The translations under genes were made by a program, and so were the position numbers. Shown here one piece after another: positions 9,903-18,213 of a stretch of 61,449 nt of DNA; position 1 is the first letter of the stretch; each line of letters opens with the position of its first letter. Below the pieces are notes generated by a model. That model saw nothing but the letters and a program-made list of their open reading frames with translations, did no database searches and was not told where the DNA came from. Where the stretch lies: contig DASTBT010000052.1 in NCBI GenBank assembly GCA_035711865.1, forward strand, positions 1 to 61,449, read 5' to 3'. Source of the stretch: Actinomycetota bacterium. GTDB taxonomy: Bacteria; Actinomycetota; UBA4738; HRBIN12.

Positions 9903-9964
9903 GAACGCCGCGAGATAGCGCCGCGCGACATCGCGACCGTACGAGGCTCGACCCAGCTTCGGGG

Positions 9965-10705
9965 TCAGTCCTCGCCCCAGAAGAGGTCCCGAAGCGAACG
10001 GTCGCCTTCGGATTCCCCGTCGGCGCGCGCCCCGGCCGTGGCGGGCTCCTCGATCCGGACGGTGTCCTCACCGTCGGAGGCGCGCTCGACCGGCGTGTCG
10101 CCGGCGGGCTGTTCCGAGGCCTCCTCCGGGACGGATCGGGACTTCGCGGCCGCTTGCGAGACGGCGGTCTCGGGAGCCGTGGCCGCATCGGACGTCGCAG
10201 TCGCCGTGGCGCTCTCGCCAGCCGCGGCGGTCGTCGGAGGGCGACGCGACGACCTCGCCATGTCCTTGACCGTCTCGGCATGCTCCTGCACGAGCCCGGC
10301 GAGCGACTGCAGGAACTCCCGTTCGCGGACGATGAAGGCGTTCACGGCCGTTCGATCCTTCGGTCCGGCCGCGGCTGCCAGCGCACCGGCGCCGGCACGC
10401 GCTTCGGCGGCGATGCGCGTCGCCTCGGCGCGAGCGCGAGCGATGATCTCGTCCGCCTGCCTGGAGACGTCGTCGAGGTCGGGCGAACCCACGACCGGGG
10501 CGGCGCCGCCGGCACGGAGCCGCTCGATGTCGGCGGACATCGCCGAGAACGTGTCGGTGATCTGGTCGAGGAACTCGTCGACGTCGCGCATCTTGTAGCC
10601 CCCGAAACGCGAGACCCGGAACTCCTTCTGCTGGATGTCCATCGGCGTCAGGCGCGACGACGGAGCCGCGGACGCCTCACCCGTCTGCCTGTCCTTCTTC
10701 CCCAT
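9965..10705 (-). CDS. divIVA: DivIVA/Wag31 cell-pole and septum scaffold protein
   Basis: 246-aa ORF with GGGAGG 5 nt upstream. N-terminal DivIVA domain LTPMDIQQKEFRVSRFGGYKMRDVDEFLDQI, followed by coiled-coil and Ala-rich regions. Confidence 0.9.
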   Translation of the reverse strand: MGKKDRQTGEASAAPSSRLTPMDIQQKEFRVSRFGGYKMRDVDEFLDQITDTFSAMSADIERLRAGGAAPVVGSPDLDDVSRQADEIIARARAEATRIAAEARAGAGALAAAAGPKDRTAVNAFIVREREFLQSLAGLVQEHAETVKDMARSSRRPPTTAAAGESATATATSDAATAPETAVSQAAAKSRSVPEEASEQPAGDTPVERASDGEDTVRIEEPATAGARADGESEGDRSLRDLFWGED

Positions 10706-10717
10706 GAGCCCCTCCCG

Positions 10718-10978
10718 TCAGCGGCACAACGCCGTCTGCAGCACGAAGATGATGATGAACGCCACCACGACCGAGAGGTCGAACATACCGGCCGGGGGAA
10801 GGATGCGACGCAGCGCGCGCAGCGGTGGTTCGGTCACGTCGTACAACAGCTCGTAGGCAGAGCGTAGCGGACCGGTGGCCGGTGGTCGCCACCCTGCGAG
10901 CTGGATCCAGCTCAGGATGACGCGCACCAGCAGGATCACCCAGAGGAGCGTGAGCGCGACGCAGACGAGCCGGATCAT
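10718..10978 (-). CDS. YggT-family membrane protein
   Basis: 86-aa ORF with two TM helices flanking YELLYDVTEPPLRALRRILPPAGMFDLS. Canonical position between sepF and divIVA. Confidence 0.85.
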   Translation of the reverse strand: MIRLVCVALTLLWVILLVRVILSWIQLAGWRPPATGPLRSAYELLYDVTEPPLRALRRILPPAGMFDLSVVVAFIIIFVLQTALCR

Positions 10979-11032
10979 CGGGTCGAGAGGCTAACAGCAG
11001 CGCCGCGTGCGGTTCCTGCGGAGCGCGAGCGC

Positions 11033-11503
11033 TCAGAACTGGTTGTAGAACCCGGTGCCGGCCAGGCGCTCGCGCTCTTCGGCCGAGACCTCGACGTCGG
11101 CGGGGCTGAGCAGGTACACGCGGTTGGCCACCAGCTCGATCTTGCCGTCGAGCCCGTAGACGAGCCCGCTGGCGAAGTCGACGAGGCGACGAGCGATCGC
11201 ATCCTCGGTCGACTGCAGGTTCATGATCACCGCGGTGCCGTCCTTGAACCGATCGGCGACCTCCCGGGCCTCGTTGAAGCGCTTCGGCTCGGACTTGTGG
11301 ATCGAGCTCGTGCCCGCCGAGACGGGCCTCGGCGAGGCGATCGTTCGCACGACCCCCTCGGCCTCCGCGGACACCTCACGGACGGCCTGGGGACGCATCC
11401 GCCGCACGGGTGCGGGCTCGGCCTCGGGCATGTCGTCGACGAAATCCTCGTCCTCCTCGACGAGCCCAAGGTAGTTCAGCGTCTTCTTCCACACGCCGGC
11501 CAT
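11033..11503 (-). CDS. sepF: Cell division protein SepF
   Basis: ATG at 11503 (MAGVWKKTLNYLGLVEEDEDF...) inside ORF 11033..11617; 156 aa. C-terminal FtsZ-binding domain GTAVIMNLQ...ARRLVDFASGLVYGLDGKI. Confidence 0.92.
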   Translation of the reverse strand: MAGVWKKTLNYLGLVEEDEDFVDDMPEAEPAPVRRMRPQAVREVSAEAEGVVRTIASPRPVSAGTSSIHKSEPKRFNEAREVADRFKDGTAVIMNLQSTEDAIARRLVDFASGLVYGLDGKIELVANRVYLLSPADVEVSAEERERLAGTGFYNQF

Positions 11504-11543
11504 CTCCCGTTCCTCTCGTTTCCCTCGGCCGCGTCGGCGCCGT

Positions 11544-12242
11544 TCATCGCTCGCCCGCCCGCCCTCTCGGCCCGAACAACGCTGTTCCGATGCGGACCAT
11601 CGTAGCGCCTTCCTCAACGGCGACCTCGTAATCCAACGACATCCCCATGCTCAAGTCCACCACGCGGGGGTGGTTCTCTCCGACGCGGTCCCGCAGCTCG
11701 CGGAGCCCCACGAACCAGGGACGCGCATCCTCGGCGGTGGCTCCTGCCGGTGGGATCGTCATCAGGCCCCGCAGGTCGAGCCCGTGGAGGTCGCCCACGC
11801 GGTCGGCGAACGAGCAGACGTCACGGGGTGCCACGCCGGCCCTCGTTCCCGTGAAGTCGACCTCGATCAGGCACTCCATCGTCTTTCCGGCCTCGGCGGA
11901 GCGGCGCGCCAGGCGCTCCGTGGCGCGGACCCCGGACACGGTCTCGACCACGTCGGCGAGGGCCGCCACATGGTGGGCGGAATTCGTCTGCAGCGCGCCG
12001 ATGTAGTGCCATCGGGCGCCCGGCACCGCATCGTGCACGTCGCGGAGCTCCCGCACGTAGTTCTCCCCGATCGACGTGACCCCGGACTCGACGACCCACC
12101 GGATCGGCTCGGGAGGCTGGGTCTTCGCGGCCGCGACCAGCCGGATCGACGAGGGATCCCGCTGCGCCCGCACGCACGCTCGTTCGATCCGCCGTCGGAT
12201 CGACGCGAGGTTGGCGAGCACCTCGTCCCGGCTGCCGTGCAT
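11544..12242 (-). CDS. yggS: YggS-family pyridoxal-phosphate homeostasis protein
   Basis: 232-aa ORF. PLP-Lys block RLVAAAKTQP, plus WHYIGALQTNS and LSMGMSLDYEVAVEEGATMVRIGTALFG. Confidence 0.92.
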   Translation of the reverse strand: MHGSRDEVLANLASIRRRIERACVRAQRDPSSIRLVAAAKTQPPEPIRWVVESGVTSIGENYVRELRDVHDAVPGARWHYIGALQTNSAHHVAALADVVETVSGVRATERLARRSAEAGKTMECLIEVDFTGTRAGVAPRDVCSFADRVGDLHGLDLRGLMTIPPAGATAEDARPWFVGLRELRDRVGENHPRVVDLSMGMSLDYEVAVEEGATMVRIGTALFGPRGRAGER

Positions 12243-12312
12243 GCAGATATCGTGCCACGCCCGGCCGGCCGCCCTCGATCGCCTCGCGCGCGCGCCGTCG
12301 TCGGGAACGAAC

Positions 12313-12384
12313 GGGGGCGGGGAGGTCTCTCGGCCAAGAGGCGGGGGAAGGGCGCCTCCTCGCGTGGGATACCTCCCCGCCCCC
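12313..12384 (-). other. GC-rich 14-bp perfect inverted repeat with nested 6-bp hairpin, in the ftsZ-yggS intergenic region
   Basis: GGGGGCGGGGAGGT (12313-12326) is the exact reverse complement of ACCTCCCCGCCCCC (12371-12384). An inner hairpin pairs GAGGCG (12338-12343) with CGCCTC (12353-12358). Lies 39 nt downstream of the ftsZ stop. Confidence 0.8.
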
Positions 12385-12422
12385 AGGTCCCTCGCGGGGC
12401 CGGCGGAGCGAGGACCGTTCGT

Positions 12423-13607
12423 TCAGCTCTTCAAGAAGTCGGGGATGTCGAGATCCTCCTCGGCGTCGAACGACACCGACGGTCGCGCCTCCTGCTCACC
12501 GGTGGTGAAGACATCACCCTCCTCGTCGCCCTCCTCGGCCAGGATCGACGGGAGCGGCTCGCGGGTCCCCTGGCCCTCCCCCTCGCCCTCGCCGGGAACG
12601 GGCTCCTCGAGCCGGCGCGACAAGCGCGACTCGAACTGGTTCCCGCCGGCCGCGTTCGGCGCCACCTTGTCGAAGCCGGCCGCGACGACCGTGACGCGGA
12701 CCTCTTCTCCCAGGGCGTCGTCGACGACCGCGCCGAAGATGATGTTGGCGTCGGGGTGGGCGACCTTGGTGATCGCGTCGGCGGCCTGGTTCACTTCGTG
12801 CAGCGTCAGGTCCGTCGGGCCCGCGATCGAGAGCAGCACACCCTTGGCGCCGTCGATCGAGCTCTCCAACAACGGCGAGCTGATCGCGCCCTTCGCCGCC
12901 TCCGTCGCGCGGTCGGCACCGCTTCCGATCCCGATGCCCATGAGCGCCGAGCCCGCCCCGGACATCACCGACTTGACGTCGGCGAAGTCGAGGTTGATGA
13001 GGCCGGGCGTCGTGATCAGTGAGGTGATGCCGTCGACGCCCTGGTACAGCACCTGGTCCGCCATGCGGAAGGCCTCGACCATCGGCATGTTCGGATCGGC
13101 CACCTGCAGCAACCGATCGTTCGGTACGACGATCAGGGTGTCGACCGCCTTCTTGAGCTCGGTGATGCCGAGGTCGGCCTGCGTGGCCCGCTTGCGCCCC
13201 TCGAAGCCGAACGGGCGAGTGACCACACCGATCGTGAGGGCCCCCAGGCCGCGCGCGATCTCGGCGACGACGGGTGCACCTCCGGTGCCGGTGCCGCCGC
13301 CTTCTCCGGCGGTGATGAACACCATGTCTGCGCCCTTGAGGATCTCCTCGACCTCGTCGGCGTGTTCCGTGGAGGCGCCCTTGCCCACGTCCGGGTCGGA
13401 GCCGGCCCCCAGACCCCGGGTCGTCTCCCGTCCGATGTCGAGCTTCACCTCCGCATCGGACATCAACAGCGTCTGCGCGTCGGTGTTGACGGCGATGAAC
13501 TCGACGCCCCGCAGGCCTGCCTCGATCATGCGGTTCACCGCGTTCACGCCGCCACCACCGATGCCCACCACCTTGATGACGGCGAGGTAGTTCTGGGGAA
13601 CGTCCAT
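12423..13607 (-). CDS. ftsZ: Cell division GTPase FtsZ
   Basis: ATG at 13607 is preferred over the GTG at 13625 because GGAGGAAGG lies 7 nt upstream. 394 aa. Tubulin signature [14 protein letters not shown], plus [15 protein letters not shown]. Confidence 0.98.
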   Translation of the reverse strand: MDVPQNYLAVIKVVGIGGGGVNAVNRMIEAGLRGVEFIAVNTDAQTLLMSDAEVKLDIGRETTRGLGAGSDPDVGKGASTEHADEVEEILKGADMVFITAGEGGGTGTGGAPVVAEIARGLGALTIGVVTRPFGFEGRKRATQADLGITELKKAVDTLIVVPNDRLLQVADPNMPMVEAFRMADQVLYQGVDGITSLITTPGLINLDFADVKSVMSGAGSALMGIGIGSGADRATEAAKGAISSPLLESSIDGAKGVLLSIAGPTDLTLHEVNQAADAITKVAHPDANIIFGAVVDDALGEEVRVTVVAAGFDKVAPNAAGGNQFESRLSRRLEEPVPGEGEGEGQGTREPLPSILAEEGDEEGDVFTTGEQEARPSVSFDAEEDLDIPDFLKS

Positions 13608-13672
13608 CTGCCTGCCTTCCTCCACGGGCCCCGGCCCGTTCTACCTGGGGAGATGATCGCGTGTCCGGTTGC

Positions 13673-13707
13673 GATATAACCGTCAACTTGACACTGATTG
13701 TTATATC
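13673..13707. repeat. Nested palindrome in the AT-enriched ftsQ-ftsZ spacer
   Basis: GATATAAC (13673-13680) and GTTATATC (13700-13707) are perfect reverse complements. They enclose the palindrome GTCAAcTTGAC. A CTACG-tga-CGTAG hairpin is adjacent at 13707-13719. Confidence 0.8.
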
Positions 13708-13756
13708 TACGTGACGTAGAGTTCAGCAACCTACTAAGGATGCACAGGTCCGTCAA
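13700..13756 (-). promoter_or_regulatory. Two candidate SigA-type ftsZ promoters
   Basis: Reading the minus strand: TTGACG (13756-13751), 17 nt, TAGGTT (13733-13728). A second pair: TTGCTG (13729-13724), 18 nt, TATAAC (13705-13700). The region is much less GC-rich than its surroundings. Confidence 0.4.
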
Positions 13757-13804
13757 GTCGAGGGTCGAACCCTATTGTGCCTTCTGATGACAGTTCTCGC
13801 GGCC

Positions 13805-14779
13805 TCAGGGAGAGGGTGCGGGATCGTCAGCCGTTTCCCCGGTTCCGCCCGATCGGTCCTCGTCGCCACCTCGGCGGGCTCCGCCGTTCGACGTCACCTC
13901 GACGTCGGCGGAGGGATCGGGCCCCATCGAGATCGGCTGGGAGCCGACGAACCGAGCCGTCGGAGCAGCCGGCGACGAGAGATCGACGGACAGCAGGGGC
14001 CGCGCTCGCTCGTCGGCGTAGTCCAGGATGGCGCGAAGGGCCTGGGCCTTCGCGGACGCCTCGACGACCGCCCCGTAACGAACCTGGACGCCGGCGTCGA
14101 CCACGAGCGAGACCTCGCCCGCGGACACCGCGATCGATCGCACACGGACGCGGAGGGCGGGAGGCATCGCCTGCACGACCTTGCCCACGCTCGCGATCTC
14201 CGCCGTCCCGAACGACTGGCCCGAAGCGGCCAGGACCTCGGGGAGGGCGACCGTGCCGGGAGCTCGACCGAGCACGGTCCCGTCGGCGGCGACCAGCCGT
14301 CGCTCGTCGTCGGAGACCACCACGAGCACGGGTGAACGTTCCCGGATCGTGATCGTGATCGTGCCCGGCAGTTCCGTGGCGACGGTCGCATCGAGGATCC
14401 AGCGATCCGCCTCCAGCCGGGCCTCGGCGGCCCCGGTATCGAGATGGAACACGTTCGTTCCCGCCTCGATCTCGGCGAGCCGCATCACACGTCGAGGCGC
14501 GAGGCGCCGTGCACCCTCGACCTCGACCGTGCGAGCACCGAGTATGGAGGTGTAGCTGAGGGAGACGCTTCCCGTCACGAGCGCGATGCCCACGGCACCT
14601 GCGATCGCCCATGGGCGCAGGCGGCGACGGCGTGCCTCGTCGATCCGCAGAACGGAGGCCGGTTCCCGTCGGGGTCCCCGCTCGAGCGAACGATCTTCGC
14701 GGTCGGTGACGTCGTCGGCCGGCGCTGCCGAGGTGGGCGGGCCCTGCGAGCCCGGGGTGTCGGCCTCATCCGGTGACAT
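13805..14779 (-). CDS. ftsQ: Cell division protein FtsQ (POTRA domain)
   Basis: 324-aa ORF; the ATG overlaps the murB 3' end by 14 nt. Basic cytoplasmic tail, one TM (WAIAGAVGIALVTGSVSL), then a POTRA-like segment VEVEGARRLAPRRVMRLAEIEAGTNVFHLD. Confidence 0.85.
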   Translation of the reverse strand: MSPDEADTPGSQGPPTSAAPADDVTDREDRSLERGPRREPASVLRIDEARRRRLRPWAIAGAVGIALVTGSVSLSYTSILGARTVEVEGARRLAPRRVMRLAEIEAGTNVFHLDTGAAEARLEADRWILDATVATELPGTITITIRERSPVLVVVSDDERRLVAADGTVLGRAPGTVALPEVLAASGQSFGTAEIASVGKVVQAMPPALRVRVRSIAVSAGEVSLVVDAGVQVRYGAVVEASAKAQALRAILDYADERARPLLSVDLSSPAAPTARFVGSQPISMGPDPSADVEVTSNGGARRGGDEDRSGGTGETADDPAPSP

Positions 14780-15695
14780 GGTCGAAGCCCCCGATCATCT
14801 GCACCTCGGGTTCCAGCGTGACGCCGGAGCGGGACTCGACCTCACGCCGGACGAGGTCGATCAACGCTTTCACGTCTTCCGCGCGTGCCCGTTCGTCGGC
14901 CACGACGAAATTCGCATGCTTCGTCGACACCTGCGCGCCGCCGACACGGGCGCCCTTCAGACCCGATCCCTCGATCAGGGCCGCCGCATGGCCCTCGGGC
15001 GGGTTCTTGAACACGCTGCCGCAGTTGGGTTCGGCCAGCGGCTGGGTGCGCTTGCGCCAGGCACGCGCCTCGTCCATCGCCGCGCGGATCGCCGCGGCGG
15101 AACCGACAACGAGCTCGGCCGTCGCCGCCGTGACCACGGCATCGGCCGGCAGTGCGGAGCGACGGTAGGAGAATCCGGCATCCGCGGCGGTCACGTGGTC
15201 GGTGACGCCTTCGCTCAGCCGGAAGACCTCGATGTCGACGACCACGTCGGCGATCTCGCCGCTGTGGGCACCGGCGTTCATCTTCACGGAGCCTCCGAGC
15301 GTTGCCGGGATCGCCACCCCGAACTCGAGGCCGGCGAGGCCGTGCCGCAACGCGACCCCCGCCAGCGCCGGGAGCGGCATCGACCCACCTGCCGAGAGCC
15401 GGTCGCCGTGGCGCGCCGCCCACCGGTAGGCTCGCCCGAGCCGGAGCACGAGGCCGTCAAACCCTCGGTCGGAGACCAGCACGTTCGACCCCTTGCCGAT
15501 CACGACGTGCGGCAGGCCGGAGGCGGCCAGGGCCTGCGCGGCCGCCTCCAGGTCGGCCTCGGACTCCGGCTCGAGGTAGAGGGCTGCCGGGCCGCCGATG
15601 CGGAACGTCGTCAGCGGGGCCATCGGGAACGCCGTGCGGATCCGGTCGCCGCACGCTGCGCGCAGGATCGCCTCGGCTCGGGCGAGGGAGCTCAT
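14766..15695 (-). CDS. murB: UDP-N-acetylenolpyruvoylglucosamine reductase
   Basis: ATG at 15695 overlaps the murC stop (ATGA); 309 aa. Blocks: TTFRIGGPA, IGKGSNVLV, GGSVKMNAGAH, CGSVFKNP. Confidence 0.93.
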   Translation of the reverse strand: MSSLARAEAILRAACGDRIRTAFPMAPLTTFRIGGPAALYLEPESEADLEAAAQALAASGLPHVVIGKGSNVLVSDRGFDGLVLRLGRAYRWAARHGDRLSAGGSMPLPALAGVALRHGLAGLEFGVAIPATLGGSVKMNAGAHSGEIADVVVDIEVFRLSEGVTDHVTAADAGFSYRRSALPADAVVTAATAELVVGSAAAIRAAMDEARAWRKRTQPLAEPNCGSVFKNPPEGHAAALIEGSGLKGARVGGAQVSTKHANFVVADERARAEDVKALIDLVRREVESRSGVTLEPEVQMIGGFDHVTG

Positions 15696-17116
15696 CCCTC
15701 TCCCCCGAGTCGCTCGATCGCAGCGTCGCCGAGCATCCAGACGTCGCCGCATCCCATCGTGACCACGAGATCACCGGGCCGCACCTCGCGGTCGAGGTAG
15801 TCGACGACCTCGGCGCGATGGGGGAGGTACACGACGGGGGTGGTGGGCGAGGCGAGCGTCACGCCGTCAGCGACCAGCTTGCCCGTCACGCCGGGGATCG
15901 GCTGCTGTGCCGCGCCGTAGACGTCGGTCACGAGCACCAGGTCCGCGCCGGAGACGCTCGCGCCGAGCTCGCGCCAGAACGCCTGCACGCGCCAGTACCT
16001 GTGCGGCTGCACGAGGGCGATCACACGGCCCCGTGAACGGCGTCGCGCGGTCTCGATCGTCACGGCCATCTCGGCCGGGGTCTGACCGTAGTCATCGAAG
16101 AAGTCCGCGTCCCGCGCGCTGCCGCGAAGCTCGAAACGGCGATGCACGCCGGCGAAGGAGCCGAGGGCGTCGGCCGCCGTCTCGAGGGGCACACCCAGTT
16201 CGCGTCCGACGCCGATCGCCGCCGCCGCGTTCAAGAGGTTGTGTGCCCCGTCGACGCGCAGACGCACGGTCGCATCGACACCGTCCGGGGTGCGAACCCG
16301 CCCGCGGGCGCCGGCCGGCCCGAGCTCGTCGACCGAGACGACGAGGTCGTTCTGCTCGGCCTCGCCGTATCGGATCGCTCGCACCCCCGCGTCTCGAAGC
16401 ACCGAACGGACGCCGGGGTCGTCACCGCACGCCACGATGCAGCCGGAGCGAGCCGCGAACGACTCGAACGCCGACTCGATCTCCGCGCGCCCGCCCGGGT
16501 AGAAGTCCACGTGGTCGACGTCGACGTTGGTCACCACCCCGACGTGCGGCCGTGCGAGCAGGAAGGATCCGTCGCTCTCATCGGCCTCGAAGACGAACAG
16601 GTCCCCGCCGCCGCTCCTCGCACCGCTGCCGCTCTCGTTCATGTCGCCGCCGACCAGGTAGCTGGGATCGAGCCCCGCGCGCTCGAGCATCACCGCGATC
16701 ATCGATGTCGTGGTCGTCTTGCCATGGGTGCCGGCCACCGCGATGGCCCGTCGTCCGGCGGCGAGGGCGGCCAGCGCCTGTTGCCGTGCCCACACCGGGA
16801 TGCCTTGCGCTCGTGCCACCGTGAGCTCGGGATTCTGCTCGGAGATCGCGCTCGAGACGATCACCACGTCCGGCGATCCCAAACGCGCGGCGTCGTGGCC
16901 GACCCAGACGTGGGCGCCGATCCGCTCCAGCTCGTCGAGTCCGCTCGAGTGTTTCATGTCGGAGCCGTACACCGCGATGCCTCGAGCCCGCAGCAGCCGC
17001 GCGAGGTTGCGCATGCCGGCGCCGCCGATGCCGATCAAGTGCACGCGGCCGACACCGTCGAGCGTGGGCACAGGCAACGTCGGGATGCTGCCGGAGGGCG
17101 GGACGTAGGGGCTCAT
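15692..17116 (-). CDS. murC: UDP-N-acetylmuramate--L-alanine ligase
   Basis: ATG at 17116 overlaps the murG stop (ATGA); 474 aa. Blocks: HLIGIGGAGMRNLARLL and AVAGTHGKTTTTSM. Confidence 0.95.
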   Translation of the reverse strand: MSPYVPPSGSIPTLPVPTLDGVGRVHLIGIGGAGMRNLARLLRARGIAVYGSDMKHSSGLDELERIGAHVWVGHDAARLGSPDVVIVSSAISEQNPELTVARAQGIPVWARQQALAALAAGRRAIAVAGTHGKTTTTSMIAVMLERAGLDPSYLVGGDMNESGSGARSGGGDLFVFEADESDGSFLLARPHVGVVTNVDVDHVDFYPGGRAEIESAFESFAARSGCIVACGDDPGVRSVLRDAGVRAIRYGEAEQNDLVVSVDELGPAGARGRVRTPDGVDATVRLRVDGAHNLLNAAAAIGVGRELGVPLETAADALGSFAGVHRRFELRGSARDADFFDDYGQTPAEMAVTIETARRRSRGRVIALVQPHRYWRVQAFWRELGASVSGADLVLVTDVYGAAQQPIPGVTGKLVADGVTLASPTTPVVYLPHRAEVVDYLDREVRPGDLVVTMGCGDVWMLGDAAIERLGGEG

Positions 17117-18213
17117 GCCTCGACCTCGACCACGAGCTCGGCGATGCGTTCGTCCGCCCGTGGCCTCGCCCACGCGAGCATGGCCCGGCGCATCGCCACG
17201 CGACGCGGCTCGTCCGCGAGCAGGATCGAGACGATCTCCGCCAGTGACCCGGGGGTCAGCGACGCCTCGGCCGCGACCTGGGCTCCGCCGTCCCGCTCCA
17301 CCTCGCGGGCGTTGGCATCCTGATGGTTCTCGGTCGCATGAGGGTACGGCACCAGGATCGACGGCACGCCCGCGGCCGCCAGCTCCGCGATCGTTCCCGA
17401 TCCGGCCCTTGCGACCGCGACGTCCGAGACGGCCAGCGCGAGATCCATACGATCGATGAACCCCTCCACGTGAACCAGCAGCTGGCTCCACGGCCCGCTC
17501 GCGGGGGCCACCTCGGCGACGTGTGCAGGACCGGCCGCCACCAGCAGCTGCAGGTCCCGCCGCTCACGAAGCTCCTCGGCCGCCCCGGCAACCAAGCGGT
17601 CGAGCTGGCGCGCACCCTGGCTCCCCCCGAAGACCGATACCGTCTGCCGCTCACCATCGAGCTCGAACGCCCGGATGGCCTCGTCACGTCGGCGCGCACG
17701 CTCCTCCGGCACCGCCGCGATCTCGCGACGCACGGGGTTCCCGGTTCGGACCACGTTGGCGCTCGCCGGCAGCCGCGCCGCCGTGGCTTCGAACGTGGTC
17801 GCGACGGCCCGTGCCCACCGCGCCGCGAGGCGATTCACCACCCCGGGCACGGCGTTCTGCTCGATCAGCACGATGGGCGTCCCCCAGCGTCGTGCCGCGA
17901 GGATCGCCGGCGCGCTCGCGTAGCCGCCGATCCCGACGACGACGTCGGCGGAGCGCACGGTCGGCCCGATCGCCCGAGCCGCGATGAGCGCCATGAACAC
18001 CGCCTTCACCGCACGGAGCGAAAGGCGCGTCTGCGCCGAAGCCACGCGGACGGGGTGGAACGGGAACCCCGCGGCGGGCACGAGCGAGGCTTCCTGCCCG
18101 GTGGCCGAGCCGACGAATCGCACGTCGTGGCCGGATCCGCGCAGGCGCTCGGCGACCGCCAGCGCCGGGAAGACGTGGCCGGCGGTCCCGCCTCCCGACA
18201 TCAAGATCCTCAT
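17113..18213 (-). CDS. murG: Lipid II-forming UDP-GlcNAc transferase MurG
   Basis: 366-aa ORF. Blocks: SGGGTAGHVFPALAVAE and ARAGSGTIAELAAAGVPSILVPYP. Start overlaps the ftsW stop (ATGA). Confidence 0.95.
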   Translation of the reverse strand: MRILMSGGGTAGHVFPALAVAERLRGSGHDVRFVGSATGQEASLVPAAGFPFHPVRVASAQTRLSLRAVKAVFMALIAARAIGPTVRSADVVVGIGGYASAPAILAARRWGTPIVLIEQNAVPGVVNRLAARWARAVATTFEATAARLPASANVVRTGNPVRREIAAVPEERARRRDEAIRAFELDGERQTVSVFGGSQGARQLDRLVAGAAEELRERRDLQLLVAAGPAHVAEVAPASGPWSQLLVHVEGFIDRMDLALAVSDVAVARAGSGTIAELAAAGVPSILVPYPHATENHQDANAREVERDGGAQVAAEASLTPGSLAEIVSILLADEPRRVAMRRAMLAWARPRADERIAELVVEVEA

